Below, piece after piece: positions 1-8,539 of a stretch of DNA of 64,000 bases (position 1 is the first letter of the stretch; each line of letters begins with the position of its first letter). The DNA comes from Escherichia coli. GTDB lineage: Bacteria > Pseudomonadota > Gammaproteobacteria > Enterobacterales > Enterobacteriaceae. The notes below the pieces were generated by a model. The model was not told the origin of the DNA, made no database searches, and was given only the letters and a program-made list of their open reading frames with translations. The stretch lies in NCBI RefSeq assembly GCF_003019035.1, contig NZ_CP027447.1; one strand, 5' to 3'. The translations under genes were made by a program, and so were the position numbers.

Positions 1-564
1 ACGCCATCCTGTGCCAGCGTTCTTGAATGTCTTACTGAACTGGCGTTTGAGCTGGGAATGAATGACGCACCACGCCGTAAAGGGCCGCTCTCCCGCGCCC
101 TGCGACGTCGCCTTGAAGGTACACAGGGGCTGGTTATCATCGACGAAGCTGATCATCTTGGTGCCGAAGTTCTGGAAGAACTCCGCCTGTTACAGGAATC
201 AACCCGTATTGGCCTTGTGCTGATGGGAAATCACCGGGTTTATTCAAATATGACGGGGGGTAACAGAACGGTTGAATTTGCCCGTCTGTTTTCCCGTATT
301 GCAAAGCGCACTGCAATTAATAAAACCAAAAAAGCCGATGTAAAAGCTATTGCGGATGCCTGGCAGATTAACGGCGAAAAAGAACTGGAGTTATTACAGC
401 AGATTGCGCAGAAACCAGGTGCGCTTCGCATTCTGAATCATTCACTTCGCCTTGCCGCCATGACGGCTCACGGTAAAGGTGAGCGTGTTAACGCAGATTA
501 TCTGCGTCAGGCTTTCCGTGAATTAGACCTGGACGTTGATATTTCAACGCTGCTGCGTAATTAA
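1..564 (+). CDS. B: DNA transposition protein B (MuB ATPase), C-terminal part; 5' end off-window
   Basis: Frame is open from position 1; translation (LVIIDEADHLGAEVLEELRLL...) recognised as the MuB C-terminus. Confidence 0.85.
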   Translation, partial: TPSCASVLECLTELAFELGMNDAPRRKGPLSRALRRRLEGTQGLVIIDEADHLGAEVLEELRLLQESTRIGLVLMGNHRVYSNMTGGNRTVEFARLFSRIAKRTAINKTKKADVKAIADAWQINGEKELELLQQIAQKPGALRILNHSLRLAAMTAHGKGERVNADYLRQAFRELDLDVDISTLLRN

Positions 565-579
565 GAAGGAGAAGAAATT

Positions 580-807
580 ATGATGGCCCGAAATATAAAA
601 ATGGCAACGGATGCGCAGAACTGGTTACAGGCGCGCGGGAGTCATGTAAATGAATCATATCTCGGCGTGGCGCGTCCGATTCTTGAAATCACTTACCCAC
701 CGGTGGAACTGGTAAAAAACGCGGTCAGAATTATGGAGCATAAGTCCGGGGTGGCCCGTTCTGTATGGACGGCCCGTCTTAATGGTTGCCAGATTATCTG
801 GAGATAA
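580..807 (+). CDS. kil: Small early protein at the Mu kil position
   Basis: 75-aa ORF immediately after B, with an upstream AAGGAG ribosome-binding site; assignment by position only. Confidence 0.5.
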
Positions 808-809
808 CG

Positions 810-1040
810 ATGTGTATTAAAGCCGAAAAATATATTGAATGGGTTAAACACTGTCAGTGCCACGGGGTGCCGCTGACGACATATAAATGCCCCGGATGTG
901 GTGAACAGATTATGACGCAATGCTCACCCGAAAAGGAAATTCGGGATTCCCTGACATGTTGTCCGTGGTGCAGCGCGGTTTTCTTTAAGCAGGTAAAAGG
1001 CGCGAAGGTAAAAGCCAGCGCAGTTATTCAGAATCAATAA
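810..1040 (+). CDS. Cys-rich small early protein (zinc-ribbon-like CxC/CPGC/CCPWC motifs)
   Basis: ATG at 810 preceded by GGAG and coupled to the upstream stop; cysteine pairs in the translation. Confidence 0.5.
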   Translation: MCIKAEKYIEWVKHCQCHGVPLTTYKCPGCGEQIMTQCSPEKEIRDSLTCCPWCSAVFFKQVKGAKVKASAVIQNQ

Positions 1041-1051
1041 GGAGAAACAAA

Positions 1052-1321
1052 ATGGCAAAGGTTATCTTTGAGTTTACATGGCTGGAAAGTAGTGACGGTT
1101 GCAATGGGCGCAGAGAAGTTCTGGATGCAAAAGCATGTCTTGCAGATATCTCGCCAACGGAAAATACCGGGCCTCATGATTTACTGGCAAATATCGTCCT
1201 GACTATGGCTCCTGAAATTATTAAAAAGGCCAAAGATGAGATGCTGACCACTATGAAGAAAGTGGGTATGGAGGCTGAATGTGATTTAGTACCACATCCG
1301 GTGAATGCGGTTAAACATTAA
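1052..1321 (+). CDS. Hypothetical early (semi-essential region) protein
   Basis: 89-aa ORF with upstream AAGGAG; tightly packed same-strand early operon. Confidence 0.5.
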   Translation: MAKVIFEFTWLESSDGCNGRREVLDAKACLADISPTENTGPHDLLANIVLTMAPEIIKKAKDEMLTTMKKVGMEAECDLVPHPVNAVKH

Positions 1322-1341
1322 TTCGCAAAGGAGCGCTGACA

Positions 1342-1761
1342 ATGAACGTCAAAATCCGAAATGAAATTCAGGCATTAATCCGAATTCAGGAACGCAATAA
1401 CAACGGTGGTGAATTACGCGAGTTTATTTGCGCCCGGAAAGTTGATGGTTGTGGTGAAAAGACTTACCTGATTGCTTTCGACCATTACAGCATCTGTGCG
1501 CGTTATTGCGGCGAAAGCATATCCCGCGCCATTGCATTTGGCGGTGCGTTCAACGTGGATTTATGGGAGTACGTCATGGACCGGGAATACATCTGCGCAT
1601 CAGACCCTGAAGCCCGTGAAATGTGGCAGCGTATCTGGCGCGATTACCGGTTAATGGCAAAAGGCTGGGCGCGCTGCTGTTATTCCTCGCTTGCCCTGAA
1701 AGCGGTTCAGTTATCGCTACGGCATATTCCGGCATCACTGCGCGAGCCTCTGCTGTACTGA
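1342..1761 (+). CDS. Hypothetical early protein, Cys-rich
   Basis: 139-aa ORF with upstream AAGGAG. Confidence 0.5.
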   Translation: MNVKIRNEIQALIRIQERNNNGGELREFICARKVDGCGEKTYLIAFDHYSICARYCGESISRAIAFGGAFNVDLWEYVMDREYICASDPEAREMWQRIWRDYRLMAKGWARCCYSSLALKAVQLSLRHIPASLREPLLY

Positions 1762-2061
1762 ATGGTGACTGACATGAAGTGTAATCGTAAGCGCTGGTCA
1801 CGCGAAGACCGGGAATTTATCGAAGCCAACGTCGGAAAAATGACCGTTGAAGAAATGGCGGAAAAACTGAAAGTCGCCACAACCGCCCTCCGGGCACATG
1901 CCAGAAGGCACGGAATATCATTGTGTGTATACCGAATCAGTGAACACGACAAATATTTATGTCGTGAACTTTATAAAGAAGGACTGGATATTCATGTCAT
2001 TGCCCGAAAGATGGAATTAAGCAATCGAGCTGTATCCAGCATTGTATACAGCGGATATTAA
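1762..2061 (+). CDS. Hypothetical early protein, possible helix-turn-helix
   Basis: 99-aa ORF; start overlaps the upstream stop (ATGA-type coupling). Confidence 0.45.
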   Translation: MVTDMKCNRKRWSREDREFIEANVGKMTVEEMAEKLKVATTALRAHARRHGISLCVYRISEHDKYLCRELYKEGLDIHVIARKMELSNRAVSSIVYSGY

Positions 2062-2080
2062 TTAACAGGAGCTTTAATTT

Positions 2081-2605
2081 ATGGCTAAACCAGCAAAACG
2101 TATCAAAAGTGCCGCAGCGGCTTATGTGCCACAAAACCGCGATGCGGTGATTACCGATATTAAACGCATCGGGGATTTACAGCGCGAAGCATCACGTCTG
2201 GAAACGGAAATGAATGATGCCATCGCGGAAATTACGGAGAAATTTGCAGCCCGGATTGCACCGATTAAAACCGATATTGAAACCCTTTCAAAAGGTGTTC
2301 AGGGATGGTGTGAAGCGAACCGCGACGAACTGACAAACGGCGGCAAAGTGAAGACGGCGAATCTTGTCACCGGTGATGTATCGTGGCGGGTCCGTCCACC
2401 ATCAGTAAGTATTCGTGGTATGGATGCAGTGATGGAAACGCTGGAGCGTCTTGGCCTGCAACGCTTTATTCGCACGAAGCAGGAAATCAACAAGGAAGCG
2501 ATTTTACTAGAACCGAAAGCGGTCGCAGGTGTTGCCGGAATTACAGTTAAATCGGGAATTGAAGATTTTTCCATTATTCCGTTTGAACAGGAAGCCGGTA
2601 TTTAA
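2081..2605 (+). CDS. gam: Gam host-nuclease inhibitor / DNA end-binding protein
   Basis: 174-aa translation recognised as Mu Gam; position after the early ORF block matches Mu. Confidence 0.85.
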   Translation: MAKPAKRIKSAAAAYVPQNRDAVITDIKRIGDLQREASRLETEMNDAIAEITEKFAARIAPIKTDIETLSKGVQGWCEANRDELTNGGKVKTANLVTGDVSWRVRPPSVSIRGMDAVMETLERLGLQRFIRTKQEINKEAILLEPKAVAGVAGITVKSGIEDFSIIPFEQEAGI

Positions 2606-2703
2606 TACCACCATTAATATTTAATTAATTCACATTCTTTTAATTATGGCGCGATGCGTCAGGGGATTGCTCGCGCCTGAAACAGATTACTGAGGAATAA
2701 AAC

Positions 2704-3234
2704 ATGGTTGATGCAAAAATTCTGAATGGTGTCAGCACATTATTACGGGCTTACGGACGCCTGACCTGCGGAGTTCTGGCTGAAAAAATGAAGATGCCTC
2801 CCTCATCAATGGTGTATTTCCTGCGTGATGCGGTTGATGTCGGCGTTCTCACCGAATGCAACGGATTTTATGACGTTCCGCGCCCGCGTCCGACGCCGCC
2901 TGTAAGACGAAACGCAACTGAGCAGCCTGCTGTTGATGATGCGGTGTGGTGCAACTGGCGTCGCTCATTACCCTGGGTGGAAGGTAATACCATCCCCGCA
3001 CTGGCAAAAGAGTTTGCGACAGGCGTACTGACCTGTGAGTCCGTTCACATCGTTGCAGAAGTGGATGACGAGATGTGCAAACAGGGAATGCCACGTTTTG
3101 TGATGGCTTATATCGATATCCGGCTGGGGCGGTTTATTTGCAGTTCAAGCGCCTGGAATATCACCGACCATGTACTGCGTTATCTCATTCTTGATTGTTC
3201 TCCGGCTCCCGTAGCGGTGCAGGAGGTGGCGTGA
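2704..3234 (+). CDS. Hypothetical early protein
   Basis: 176-aa ORF, first of four coupled ORFs between gam and gemA. Confidence 0.5.
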   Translation: MVDAKILNGVSTLLRAYGRLTCGVLAEKMKMPPSSMVYFLRDAVDVGVLTECNGFYDVPRPRPTPPVRRNATEQPAVDDAVWCNWRRSLPWVEGNTIPALAKEFATGVLTCESVHIVAEVDDEMCKQGMPRFVMAYIDIRLGRFICSSSAWNITDHVLRYLILDCSPAPVAVQEVA

Positions 3235-3758
3235 TGTTTTTTAAAACGTCAAATCCCGCAGCACTGCTGGCGTGGGACCAGTTTATGGCGGACTGTCTGA
3301 AACTACGCGAAGAAGCCCGCCATCTTGATAAGGTTCTGGGTTGTGGTTGCCGGTCAGTATTCAGCACAGGTATTGGTGGGCGTTATTTTCATGGTGTGAA
3401 CTTTCCGGGGAATGAGCGCCCTTTCTCGCGGGAGCTGTGGACCGTACAACGGCCCGCATCAGGTAACAGTTGCAGGCCTAGAACTTCGCGGATACCTGTT
3501 CATCTCAGGGAGCAGGCAAAAGAGCTGGCGAAAATATGGCAGGAGAATATTCCGGTCACTTATGCCCGCACAGATGCTCTTTTACCCGCACTGGGACTGG
3601 ATTTCAGCGCAACAATATTCGGGCCGCTCCGGTGGTTCCGTGTTGGTGATGTGATTTACGTCATGACGGGGATGACACCCGCACAGGGCTGCATGACGGA
3701 AATCCTGTCCGATGAATTCATGAAGGCAAAGATTGCGTTAAAGGGGGCCGCTAAATGA
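3234..3758 (+). CDS. Hypothetical early protein
   Basis: ATG at 3234 overlaps the upstream stop (GTGATG); the six-frame ORF at 3195 is rejected as an upstream extension. Confidence 0.5.
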   Translation: MFFKTSNPAALLAWDQFMADCLKLREEARHLDKVLGCGCRSVFSTGIGGRYFHGVNFPGNERPFSRELWTVQRPASGNSCRPRTSRIPVHLREQAKELAKIWQENIPVTYARTDALLPALGLDFSATIFGPLRWFRVGDVIYVMTGMTPAQGCMTEILSDEFMKAKIALKGAAK

Positions 3759-4423
3759 AAGAACGTGGCGTTGCTTTTAATGACGATATGGTCAGGGCAA
3801 TTCTCGAAGGAAGAAAGACGCAAACACGCCGCCCGGTAAAAAATGTCGGACACGATAACTGTCTGGTTATCCATCGTAACGGTGTTTATACCCACGTTAT
3901 GGATGCACCTGAGCATGGTTTATGCCCGTTCGGTAACGTTGGTGATCGCATCTGGGTCCGTGAAGCGTGGGCAATATTAGGCAATGAGGATGGTTGCAGT
4001 GTGGACTGGAACGGCAACCTTTGTCATGGCGATGAGAAGAAGGCAGCAAGGATTTATCGGGCAAGTTGTGAACAAAAGCCTGGTGATTACGGTCTGTGGT
4101 CAATACCTGATGATGCTGACTGGAAACCTCGCACTGTGAATGAAAAGTTTGATGGCAGGTGGTGCCCATCTATCCACATGCCGCGCTGGGCGTCGCGCAT
4201 TCTGTTGGGAATAACCGACGTGCGTGTGGAACGGCTGCATGATATTAGCGAGGCAGATGCGAAAGCGGAAGGCGCATTTCCGGCGACGTACAAAATTACG
4301 CCACCGGAAGCTGTTTATCGCGTTGGTTTTGGTGATATCTGGCGCGGTATTTATGGGCAAGATAACTGGCTGTCTAATCCGTGGGTATGGGTAATTGAGT
4401 TTAAGCGTATTCAGGAAGCATAA
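3755..4423 (+). CDS. Early protein with N-terminal ASCH-like (PUA-fold) motif
   Basis: 222 aa; N-terminal motif MVRAILEGRKTQTRRP resembles the ASCH GxKTxTxR signature (compare E. coli YqfB); start overlaps upstream stop. Confidence 0.55.
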   Translation: MKERGVAFNDDMVRAILEGRKTQTRRPVKNVGHDNCLVIHRNGVYTHVMDAPEHGLCPFGNVGDRIWVREAWAILGNEDGCSVDWNGNLCHGDEKKAARIYRASCEQKPGDYGLWSIPDDADWKPRTVNEKFDGRWCPSIHMPRWASRILLGITDVRVERLHDISEADAKAEGAFPATYKITPPEAVYRVGFGDIWRGIYGQDNWLSNPWVWVIEFKRIQEA

Positions 4424-4425
4424 CT

Positions 4426-4767
4426 ATGAGCAAATCACTTAATGCACGTTGTATTCGCCGTTGGGAAGTCAGATTTAAGCCTGTTTGTGATTCAAAAGTT
4501 AGCCCTCACATGCGTAAAAGCTTTTTGCGTGGGGTGCGTGAATTAGGGCTTATTACGGCTGAAAACATGGTTGAAAGCATGGCTGAGAAAAACGCCAGGT
4601 TTGATTACGACGGCAAGGACACAGGCTGGTCACCGGAGTTTTCTAACTGGTATGCAACATGCCGAGAAAAGTATTGTAAAGAGGCCCGCGACTATCTGGA
4701 TGAAGAAGTCACAAACGATGAGATCGATGAAGAAATCAGAACTGAGCTAGAGTATTGGAATGACTAA
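4426..4767 (+). CDS. Hypothetical early protein with acidic C-terminus
   Basis: 113-aa ORF, coupled to neighbours. Confidence 0.5.
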   Translation: MSKSLNARCIRRWEVRFKPVCDSKVSPHMRKSFLRGVRELGLITAENMVESMAEKNARFDYDGKDTGWSPEFSNWYATCREKYCKEARDYLDEEVTNDEIDEEIRTELEYWND

Positions 4768-5392
4768 TCTGGCCGATATGACCGGAAAGTGTTTCAGCGA
4801 TACAAGCGGTGTGGTAGCACCGCTTTTTAAAGGTATGATCATGAGTCGCACATCCCTGATTAAATTAATCCATGTCGCCCGTCGTGATCTACAACTCGAC
4901 GACGATACTTACCGCGCTTTTCTGATGCAGAAAACGGGCAAAATCAGTTGCCGCGAGCTGACGGTAACGCAACTGGAACAGGTGCTCGATGCCATGAAAG
5001 AACGCGGCTTTAAGAAGCTGAATAAACATCCACGTCGCCGCTTTAAGGGGCATGTCACGCCCCGCGAGAAGGTATACAAAGTCTGGCAGCAGATGGCAGA
5101 AGACGGTTTTATTACCGATGGCGGTGATGTGGCGCTGGATAAATATGTTCAGCGCCTGACGGCGAAACGTAATGGCGGACAGGGTGTTTCCACGCTGGCG
5201 TGGTGTCATGGCGACACCCTGTTGATTGTTCTCGAAACTCTCAAGCAGTGGCATATCCGCTGTATTCGTGAAGCCTTTTCCCGTCACGGGCTTCCGTTGC
5301 CGGTCAGTCCGTCCGGGCGTGAACTGCGCGGCTATGATGCCATGACGGCGGCTTATGCCCATGCCAGAAAGACACGGAGGATGGCACAATGA
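4760..5392 (+). CDS. gemA: GemA-like early protein
   Basis: Position immediately upstream of mor as in Mu; true start may be the internal ATG at 4841 (MSRTSLIKL...). Confidence 0.65.
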   Translation: MTNLADMTGKCFSDTSGVVAPLFKGMIMSRTSLIKLIHVARRDLQLDDDTYRAFLMQKTGKISCRELTVTQLEQVLDAMKERGFKKLNKHPRRRFKGHVTPREKVYKVWQQMAEDGFITDGGDVALDKYVQRLTAKRNGGQGVSTLAWCHGDTLLIVLETLKQWHIRCIREAFSRHGLPLPVSPSGRELRGYDAMTAAYAHARKTRRMAQ

Positions 5393-5778
5393 CGGAAGAT
5401 TTATTTGGTGATTTGCAGGATGACACCATCCTGGCACATCTTGACAATCCCGCAGAGGATACGTCACGCTTTCCGGCACTGCTGGCGGAGCTGAACGATT
5501 TACTGCGCGGGGAATTGTCCCGGCTGGGTGTTGATCCTGCCCATTCACTGGAGATTGTAGTGGCTATCTGTAAGCATCTGGGCGGCGGTCAGGTCTACAT
5601 TCCACGCGGTCAGGTTCTGGACTCGCTGATTCGGGATTTGCGTATCTGGAATGATTTTAACGGTCGCAACGTCAGCGAACTGACCACCCGTTATGGTGTC
5701 ACTTTCAATACGGTTTACAAGGCCATTCGCCGGATGCGACGGCTGAAATACCGCCAGTACCAGCCCTCACTTCTGTAA
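5389..5778 (+). CDS. mor: Mor, middle operon transcriptional activator
   Basis: 129 aa; paralogous to the downstream C protein (shared C-terminal helix-turn-helix region); position matches Mu. Confidence 0.85.
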   Translation: MTEDLFGDLQDDTILAHLDNPAEDTSRFPALLAELNDLLRGELSRLGVDPAHSLEIVVAICKHLGGGQVYIPRGQVLDSLIRDLRIWNDFNGRNVSELTTRYGVTFNTVYKAIRRMRRLKYRQYQPSLL

Positions 5779-5783
5779 ACAGT

Positions 5784-5808
5784 AAAGCCGGTTAATCCGG
5801 CTTTTTTT
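5784..5808 (+). terminator. Rho-independent terminator after mor (end of early transcript)
   Basis: AAAGCCGG-TTAAT-CCGGC hairpin followed by TTTTTTT. Confidence 0.7.
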
Positions 5809-6099
5809 ACGTCCTCAATATCCTGTGATGAATAACCGTACCGGGGGAAATCATCATGGGTAAAGGCTGGAATGCATCCTTTCATCTTGGCAGACGTGAG
5901 CGGCTGCGTCAGGAGGTTTTGCACCGTGTCGCCGGTGGGCCTCGGCCTTCGCCCCGCGACTATACCGGTCATGATGGCACCCACGGCAGTTATTACATGA
6001 AAGGCTGGCAGTCAGTTGATATGCCGGAAATTCTTCACCACTGTCAACGTTATAAGGAAAAATATTGTGTACAGAAAATTCAGTGATGAATGTTTCGGG

Positions 6100-6197
6100 C
6101 CGTCCACGCTGATTAGTGCGATAAAAGTGATTGCCCTTGTGGTTCTGATAACCATCAGTGCCGTGGTGTATCTTTCTGTCTGTTAACCGGGGGAAAT
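6100..6197 (+). promoter_or_regulatory. Probable Mor-dependent middle promoter region upstream of C
   Basis: Intergenic position between the mor terminator and C; no motif verified. Confidence 0.3.
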
Positions 6198-6620
6198 ATG
6201 CAGCATGATTTATTTGAACACGATCCGGCAATTCGCCAGTTAATCGGACATATTGATAACATCCCGGCCCCGGAACTGGAATCACGCTGGCCCCGTTCGG
6301 TGGTTGATCTGATTGATGTTCTGGAAAACGAACTGAAACGCCAGAACGTCAGCAATCCCCGTGAACTTGCCCGTAAACAGGCCGTTGCCCTGTCCTGTTT
6401 TCTGGGGGGGCGGCAGTTTTACATCCCCTGCGGCGATACTATCCTGACCGCGTTACGCGACGATTTGCTTTACTGCCAGTTCAATGGTCGTAACATGGAA
6501 GAACTGCGTCGCCAGTACCGCCTGTCCCAGCCGCAGATCTACCAGATTATTGCCCGCCAGAGAAAGCTGCATACACGACGTCATCAGCCTGATCTGTTCT
6601 CACCTGAAAGCCAGAAATAA
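6198..6620 (+). CDS. C: C, late gene transcriptional activator
   Basis: 140 aa, Mor/C family; position matches Mu. Confidence 0.85.
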   Translation: MQHDLFEHDPAIRQLIGHIDNIPAPELESRWPRSVVDLIDVLENELKRQNVSNPRELARKQAVALSCFLGGRQFYIPCGDTILTALRDDLLYCQFNGRNMEELRRQYRLSQPQIYQIIARQRKLHTRRHQPDLFSPESQK

Positions 6621-6640
6621 CCGGCATCCTGCCGGTTATT
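6616..6640 (+). terminator. Hairpin overlapping the C stop codon, possible terminator
   Basis: ATAACCGGC-ATCCT-GCCGGTTAT inverted repeat; weak T tract. Confidence 0.4.
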
Positions 6641-6644
6641 TCCT

Positions 6645-6711
6645 GTCACCATAATCCCGCACCTGCCATCTGATTTTTTAGACTGCCATCAGAGCATTTT
6701 TTCAGGGAAGC
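6645..6711 (+). promoter_or_regulatory. Late promoter P-lys with candidate C-binding motif
   Basis: CCATAATCCCGCACCT (6649-6664) shares CATAA(C/T)CCC...CCCGCACCT with the region upstream of gene I. Confidence 0.5.
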
Positions 6712-7230
6712 ATGATGGCGGGGATACCAAAAAAACTGAAAGCCGCACTGCTGGCGGTAACGATTGCCGGTGGCGGTGTGGGTGGTTATCAGGAAATGAC
6801 CCGTCAGTCTCTGATCCACCTGGAAAATATCGCTTATCTGCCTTACCGCGATATTGCCGGTGTGCTTACGGTCTGTGTGGGACATACCGGGCCGGATATC
6901 GAAATGCGCCGTTACAGCCATGCGGAGTGTATGGCTCTCCTCGACAGTGATTTAAAACCGGTTTATGCGGCAATCGATCGTCTTGTCAGGGTGCCGCTGA
7001 CGCCATATCAGAAAACGGCGCTGGCAACGTTTATTTTCAACACCGGTGTTACCGCATTCAGTAAAACAACGTTGCTGAAAAAACTCAATGCCGGTGATTA
7101 CGCCGGAGCGCGTGACCAGATGGCCCGCTGGGTGTTTGCCGCAGGCCATAAATGGAAAGGACTGATGAACCGTCGCGAAGTGGAAATGGCAATCTGGAAT
7201 ATCAGGGGGGCGGATGACCTTCGCCAGTAA
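6712..7230 (+). CDS. lys: Endolysin (lysozyme-like, with N-terminal signal-anchor-release type hydrophobic segment)
   Basis: 172 aa; hydrophobic N-terminus LKAALLAVTIAGGGVGG followed by a lysozyme-like domain. Confidence 0.85.
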   Translation: MMAGIPKKLKAALLAVTIAGGGVGGYQEMTRQSLIHLENIAYLPYRDIAGVLTVCVGHTGPDIEMRRYSHAECMALLDSDLKPVYAAIDRLVRVPLTPYQKTALATFIFNTGVTAFSKTTLLKKLNAGDYAGARDQMARWVFAAGHKWKGLMNRREVEMAIWNIRGADDLRQ

Positions 7231-7600
7231 AAGTTTACTGCTGGCAGCCGTGTTTGCCGCCGTTCTGTCTGGGGTGTTGTGGCACAGGCTGGACAGCACC
7301 CGCCACGATAACCAGACGCTGCGCCGTGAATTACAGACGGAGCAACAGGCCCGCAACACGGCTGAATGGTTGTTACACAGTCAGGAACAGACGATGCAGG
7401 TATTTTCCGCTATCCGTGCCGCAAATCGTGCCGCGCGGCTGGCAGATGAGACAGAACATCATGATGCAAAACAAAAAATTACAACCGCCATTACCGGTGA
7501 CAATTGCAGCACTCGTCCTGTGCCTGCCGTTGCTGCTGACAGGTTGCGGGAACTCGAAAAACGCACCCGTGCCATCGGTGGTGATCCTGCCCGAAACTGA
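7214..7600 (+). CDS. Inner-membrane spanin subunit (Rz-like)
   Basis: 128 aa; N-terminal transmembrane helix then charged coiled-coil region; directly after lys. Confidence 0.6.
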   Translation: MTFASKSLLLAAVFAAVLSGVLWHRLDSTRHDNQTLRRELQTEQQARNTAEWLLHSQEQTMQVFSAIRAANRAARLADETEHHDAKQKITTAITGDNCSTRPVPAVAADRLRELEKRTRAIGGDPARN

Positions 7601-7802
7601 TGCAGAACTGACGGAAGCAACGCCCGTTCCGCCCATGCCACAGCCCCTGACGTGGGGAGCATCCCTTCTCTGGAATGCTGACCTGCTGATGGCGCTCGGG
7701 CAGTGCAACCGCGACAAGGCATCAGTCCGGGAACAGGAGACCCGGAGGAAAGAAATTTATGAACGAAGACCAGAACCGGGCGGTGGCGCTGCTGCTCGCT
7801 GA
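7461..7802 (+). CDS. Outer-membrane spanin lipoprotein (Rz1-like), overlapping the inner spanin in another frame
   Basis: Lipoprotein signal with lipobox LLLTGC; proline-rich mature part; ATGATG start at 7461. Confidence 0.5.
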   Translation: MMQNKKLQPPLPVTIAALVLCLPLLLTGCGNSKNAPVPSVVILPETDAELTEATPVPPMPQPLTWGASLLWNADLLMALGQCNRDKASVREQETRRKEIYERRPEPGGGAAAR

Positions 7803-7953
7803 ACTCTGGCAGGGGAATACCCGTGATATTCCCCGTCCGGCGGCGTATGACCCGCCTGTATTGTGTGCCGGTTGCGGTCGTGAGCTGCGGCCTGATGTGC
7901 TGAGACAGCAGCCAATGGCGAACTACTGCCACTGGTGCCGTGGAGCAGAATAA
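7759..7953 (+). CDS. Small zinc-finger protein (CxxC...CxxC)
   Basis: 64-aa ORF with CAGCG and CHWC motifs. Confidence 0.4.
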   Translation: MNEDQNRAVALLLAELWQGNTRDIPRPAAYDPPVLCAGCGRELRPDVLRQQPMANYCHWCRGAE

Positions 7954-8252
7954 TGGATTTGATTTCAGTTTTAGCGTTATGGCCTTACCTGTTGCCTGTT
8001 GTGGCCGGTGGGGCCGTCTGGGCGATGCGTCGTAGTTTTGCCAGCACCGAGCGTGTGGAGCGTCTTGAAAACCGGATGACCGAAATGGAAACCCGCTACG
8101 CCAGCATCCCTGGCACAGAAGATGTACACGAAATGCGCCTGCGTATTGCAGAGCTGTCCGGCGATATCCGGGTGCTGTCCCAGCGGGTGCAGTCATTTTC
8201 CCATCAACTGGAGCTGCTGCTTGAAAACGCAGTAAACCGGAGTAATTCATGA
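7953..8252 (+). CDS. Small membrane protein, possible lysis accessory protein
   Basis: ATG at 7953 overlaps the upstream stop (TAATG); N-terminal transmembrane segment then coiled coil. Confidence 0.5.
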   Translation: MDLISVLALWPYLLPVVAGGAVWAMRRSFASTERVERLENRMTEMETRYASIPGTEDVHEMRLRIAELSGDIRVLSQRVQSFSHQLELLLENAVNRSNS

Positions 8253-8539
8253 TTAACGATATTCTGACCGAAGACCGTCGTCTGGTCATCCTGCGTTCCC
8301 TGATGGACTGCAATAACGAAGCCAACGAATCCATCCTTCAGGACTGTCTGGATGCATACGGACACAACGTTTCCCGCGATGTGGTTCGCGGCCAGATTGA
8401 CTGGCTGGCAGAGCAGCAACTGGTCACCGTGGAAAACCTGCGCGGCTTTTATGTCGTAACGCTGACCTCCCGAGGTCAGGATGTGGCGGAAGGCCGCGCC
8501 CGCGTTGCCGGTGTCAAGCGTCCGCGTCCCCGTGCATGA
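8249..8539 (+). CDS. Hypothetical protein upstream of terminase (Mu gp26 position)
   Basis: 96-aa ORF, coupled to neighbours. Confidence 0.55.
   Translation: MINDILTEDRRLVILRSLMDCNNEANESILQDCLDAYGHNVSRDVVRGQIDWLAEQQLVTVENLRGFYVVTLTSRGQDVAEGRARVAGVKRPRPRA

Noticed and set aside
3195-3233. Alternative start at 3195 for the ORF ending at 3758
   Set aside because: The ATG at 3234 overlaps the upstream stop in the usual coupled arrangement; the 3195 start would overlap the previous gene by 40 bp.
5856-6086. 76-aa ORF between the mor terminator and C
   Set aside because: It lies in the expected middle-promoter region, has no convincing ribosome-binding site and a Gly/Arg/His-rich translation; I am not confident it is a gene.
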